Of a stretch of DNA of 64,000 nucleotides, positions 60,998 through 64,000 are shown piece after piece (position 1 is the stretch's first letter; the number at the start of each line of letters is the position of its first letter). The position numbers were made by a program, and so were the translations under genes. The DNA is from Malacoraja senta. Lineage: Eukaryota. Below the pieces are notes generated by a model. The model did not search any database. It was not told where the DNA came from and was given only the letters and a program-made list of their open reading frames with translations. The stretch is taken from contig CM075979.1 in assembly GCA_038087875.1 (NCBI GenBank), positions 10,230,001-10,294,000 of the forward strand, written 5' to 3'.

Positions 60998-62361
60998 TTA
61001 ACTTATTGTCACTTGTACCTCAGCACAGTGAAATTCTTTGTTTTTGCGTACAAAGTACACAAAGTACGTTGCATATAAAGTGAACAAAAGAGTCGCCACA
61101 AAATTGCCGACACAAAGTTACAAAAAGTACTCATCTCTTCTTCATCCTTCCTACCGCCAGTCCAAATGGCTTTAAACCATCGTTGCTGTACCTACCTCAG
61201 CCATTTCGTCCGGCAACTCATTCCATACACCCATCACTCTCTGTGTGAAAATGTTGCCCCTCAGGTTCCTACTAAATCTTTCCCCTCTCACCTTAAGCCT
61301 ATGCCCCGCGAGTTCTTAATTCCCCAGCCCCTGGGAAAAATGCTCCGTGCATTTACCTATGGTCTTAAATCTAAACACTGGGTATTGTGTGAAGACACGT
61401 GAGGAGAAGTGGCCATGGTTGGACAAAGAGTTGTCTCTCCACCACACCTTTCCCAAAATCAGAACAGCAATCAAAGCAATCTTGAAATGTGATGGTTAGC
61501 CCCAATGTACCAAAGTACAGTTTGCAGTCCACACACACTGCTGAAGAATGCATTCGTCACAGACTTCCCCGATTCATCTCCGGAGGCTAAACCCATCCCA
61601 CTCTTGAAACAATAGACAGCAATGCAACCCCCTCGCTTTACCAGCTGTCAAATATATCAACATTAACAAAACTATGGATATCTCTTATGACCAAAAGTGT
61701 CCAAAAACTATTTTTAAACATTTAATTAAAGGATTAAAATGTTCTTGAATTTCTTGAATCACAAAAGCCTTTTATGCACAAATTAAAATAATTGAATAAT
61801 ATTCAAGGAAACGCAATTAACGAAAAATATGTAATTTCCTTAATCAAGTGCTGGCAATTTCAGCAAGCTCATCTCCAACTCTGGACACCTGCCACCACTT
61901 CCTGCAAGCTTTGGCTCATTGTTGTAATACGGGGAATATATCGGTCCATTAACGCACAGCGAGCTCCCACAAACAACAGCACTATAATGACCAGCTAAAT
62001 GATTGCAGTATGTTGGTGAATGATTAAACACTGGCCAGGACTCCAATCACCACCCTCCTTCAAAAGAGGCTGATGGGATCATTTATATCTACCCTGAAAG
62101 AGCGAACAGAATCCTTGTTCTAGTACTATTTCAGTACCATGTCTGCAGCCCTCCTCTGTACTGCACTGATGCTTTGACCGATTGCCATAACCGCTGGTTA
62201 GTGGCAAGTTAATGACAAAAGACACTATTTACCGCAAACAGTCTAATTCAGTATTTCCAATGCACAATAGTTATGTCTCATTCAACCATCATTAACTAAA
62301 AAGAACTTTGAAATAACTTGTGCAACACCACTTTATTTTAAGTAGTCCATTGGAAACAATT

Positions 62362-62673
62362 GGGCAGCACAGTGGCACAGGTGGTAGAGCCGTTGCCTCA
62401 GAGCACCGGAGAACCGAATTTGATCCCGACCTCAGGAGTCATCCGTGTGGAGTTTGCATGCTCCCCCTGTGACCTTGTGGGTTTCCTCAGACTGCTCTGG
62501 TTTCCTCCCATGTGTGGATTTGTAGGTTGACTGGCCTCTGAAAATGGCCCTTAGTATGTAAGGAGTGGATGAGAAAATGGGATTACATGGAACTAATGCG
62601 ACCGGCTGATCAATGGTGAGCATGGACTAGGTGGGCCGAAGGGCCTGTTTCCATACTGCACCTCTAAAACTAA
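62362..62673 (+). mobile_element. Older V-SINE
   Basis: Degenerate head, V-domain and tail. Confidence 0.8.
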
Positions 62674-63789
62674 ATTGCTGTAACCTCCAGAGTCAGAGAT
62701 GACCTGCAGTGAGATTATACATCCATAGAGCACATAAACATTTCATGAACAAACAACCACTGTAAGTGTACTAACTGTTGTTAATGAAGAACACATTTTG
62801 CTCAAAAATATCTTGCAAACAGCATTGAGAGGAATGAGCAGTTAATTAGATTTTAAGGGCATGACTGGATCCATCTACAATCTGTGATGTATAACTGCTA
62901 CCTCAAGAATACCCCAGGAGGATGTTACCTCGTGTAACACCGTTTGTACCATGCTTTGGCTCAGCTAAACTAGGACTGCTGCAATAAACGGTTGTGTTTC
63001 CTGGTTGCATCCTGTCTCAGTGAGATGCAGTGCTTTGCATCAAGACCAGTATGAATACACTGCAGTAAGAGAAAGGTTCAATTATACCCTTGGGTCTGCC
63101 CCATCATTAAATGATGTAATGCCGAACATTCACCAGCGCGAGAATGAAGCGCTTCATTATTCTTGATCTGCTCCTGAAGGTTTTTATAGACATAGGTGCT
63201 CAAAAATCAAAGCTCCATATTGATTTGTGAATGTAATCTAGCAATGTTCAGGCAAGGAGAAGATCAGATTCAGGAATAGCTCCTTCCCACTGTTATCAGA
63301 TCACCAATGGATCTCTCATGAGGTGTAGTCCTGATCTTCCAACCCATCCCATTGCGGCCCTTGCACTTTAAAATAAATCTGTCCTTTTCTGATACTATAA
63401 CGCTATATTGCTGCGACACCATATTCTACACTCTGGTTATTTTTCTCTTTGCCCTACCTGTTGTATTTGTGCAGGGCTGGAAGATGTGGTATGATTTGAC
63501 TGGATAGCAGCATGCAAAGTTTTTCACCGTATCTCAGTACAAGTGACAATGACAAAGCAACATCAATGTCCTTTCCCCATCATATGCACAAGCACGGTGA
63601 GGTAGGGGTACAGGTAAAGTAGTTCGGTGGACCCAGCCCGCTCCATCATGGGCACAGTCCACTGCCTCATCAAACGTATCTACATAAGGTGCTGCCGCCT
63701 CAAGAAACTGGCATCGACCATCATAGGCCCCCACCTTCCAGGACCATACCCTTTACTTGCTGCTACCCTTGGGCAAGAAGCACAAAACC

Positions 63790-64000
63790 TGGAGTCTGTG
63801 GAATTCTCTGCCTCAGAGGGCAGTGGAGGCAGGTTCTCTGGATGCTTTCAAGAGAGAGCTGGATAGGGCTCTTAAAAGTAGCGGAGTCAGGGGATATGGG
63901 GAGAAGGCAGGAACGGGTTACTGATTGGGGATGATCAGCCATGATCACATTGAATGGCGGTGCTGGCTCGAAGGGCCGAATGGCCTACGCCTGCACCTAT
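63790..64000 (+). mobile_element. CR1 LINE 3' end
   Basis: Near-identical to 59461-59670. Confidence 0.9.

Noticed and set aside
60901-61083. Acidic-tract protein ORF
   Set aside because: Translation of a (GAT)n microsatellite between TE fragments

Overview
Repeat-dense, gene-free vertebrate DNA. The repeat families (HE1/V-SINE-like tRNA SINEs with a HER1/CR1-type tail, CR1, Rex1, Tx1, Penelope) point to a cartilaginous fish, probably a skate or ray (inference). I could not support any host protein-coding exon; the repeat-free islands are rich in homeodomain/Sox motifs and look like an intron or gene desert with enhancers. Main elements: (1) a structurally complete but coding-dead DIRS1-type tyrosine-recombinase retrotransposon (29702-34470, minus) with ITRs, an ICR, and gag, RT, RNase H, adenine-methyltransferase and YR remnants. 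(2) Two copies of a 139-bp TSD-flanked mini-retroelement whose first 54 nt fold as a minimal CPEB3/HDV-type self-cleaving ribozyme, followed by a stem-loop and an (AAG)n tail (28239-28377 and 34540-34678, minus). This is the most interesting signal. (3) Many Penelope pseudo-LTRs carrying minimal hammerhead cores, often as TSD-flanked palindromes. (4) A 1.07-kb TRIM-like Gypsy deletion derivative with LTRs, tRNA-Leu PBS, PPT and TSD. (5) A non-autonomous Helitron, three Harbinger-type MITEs and one 8-bp-TSD MITE. There is one assembly gap (39742-39924). Boundaries of degenerate repeats are approximate, and family names come from motif recognition, not database searches.
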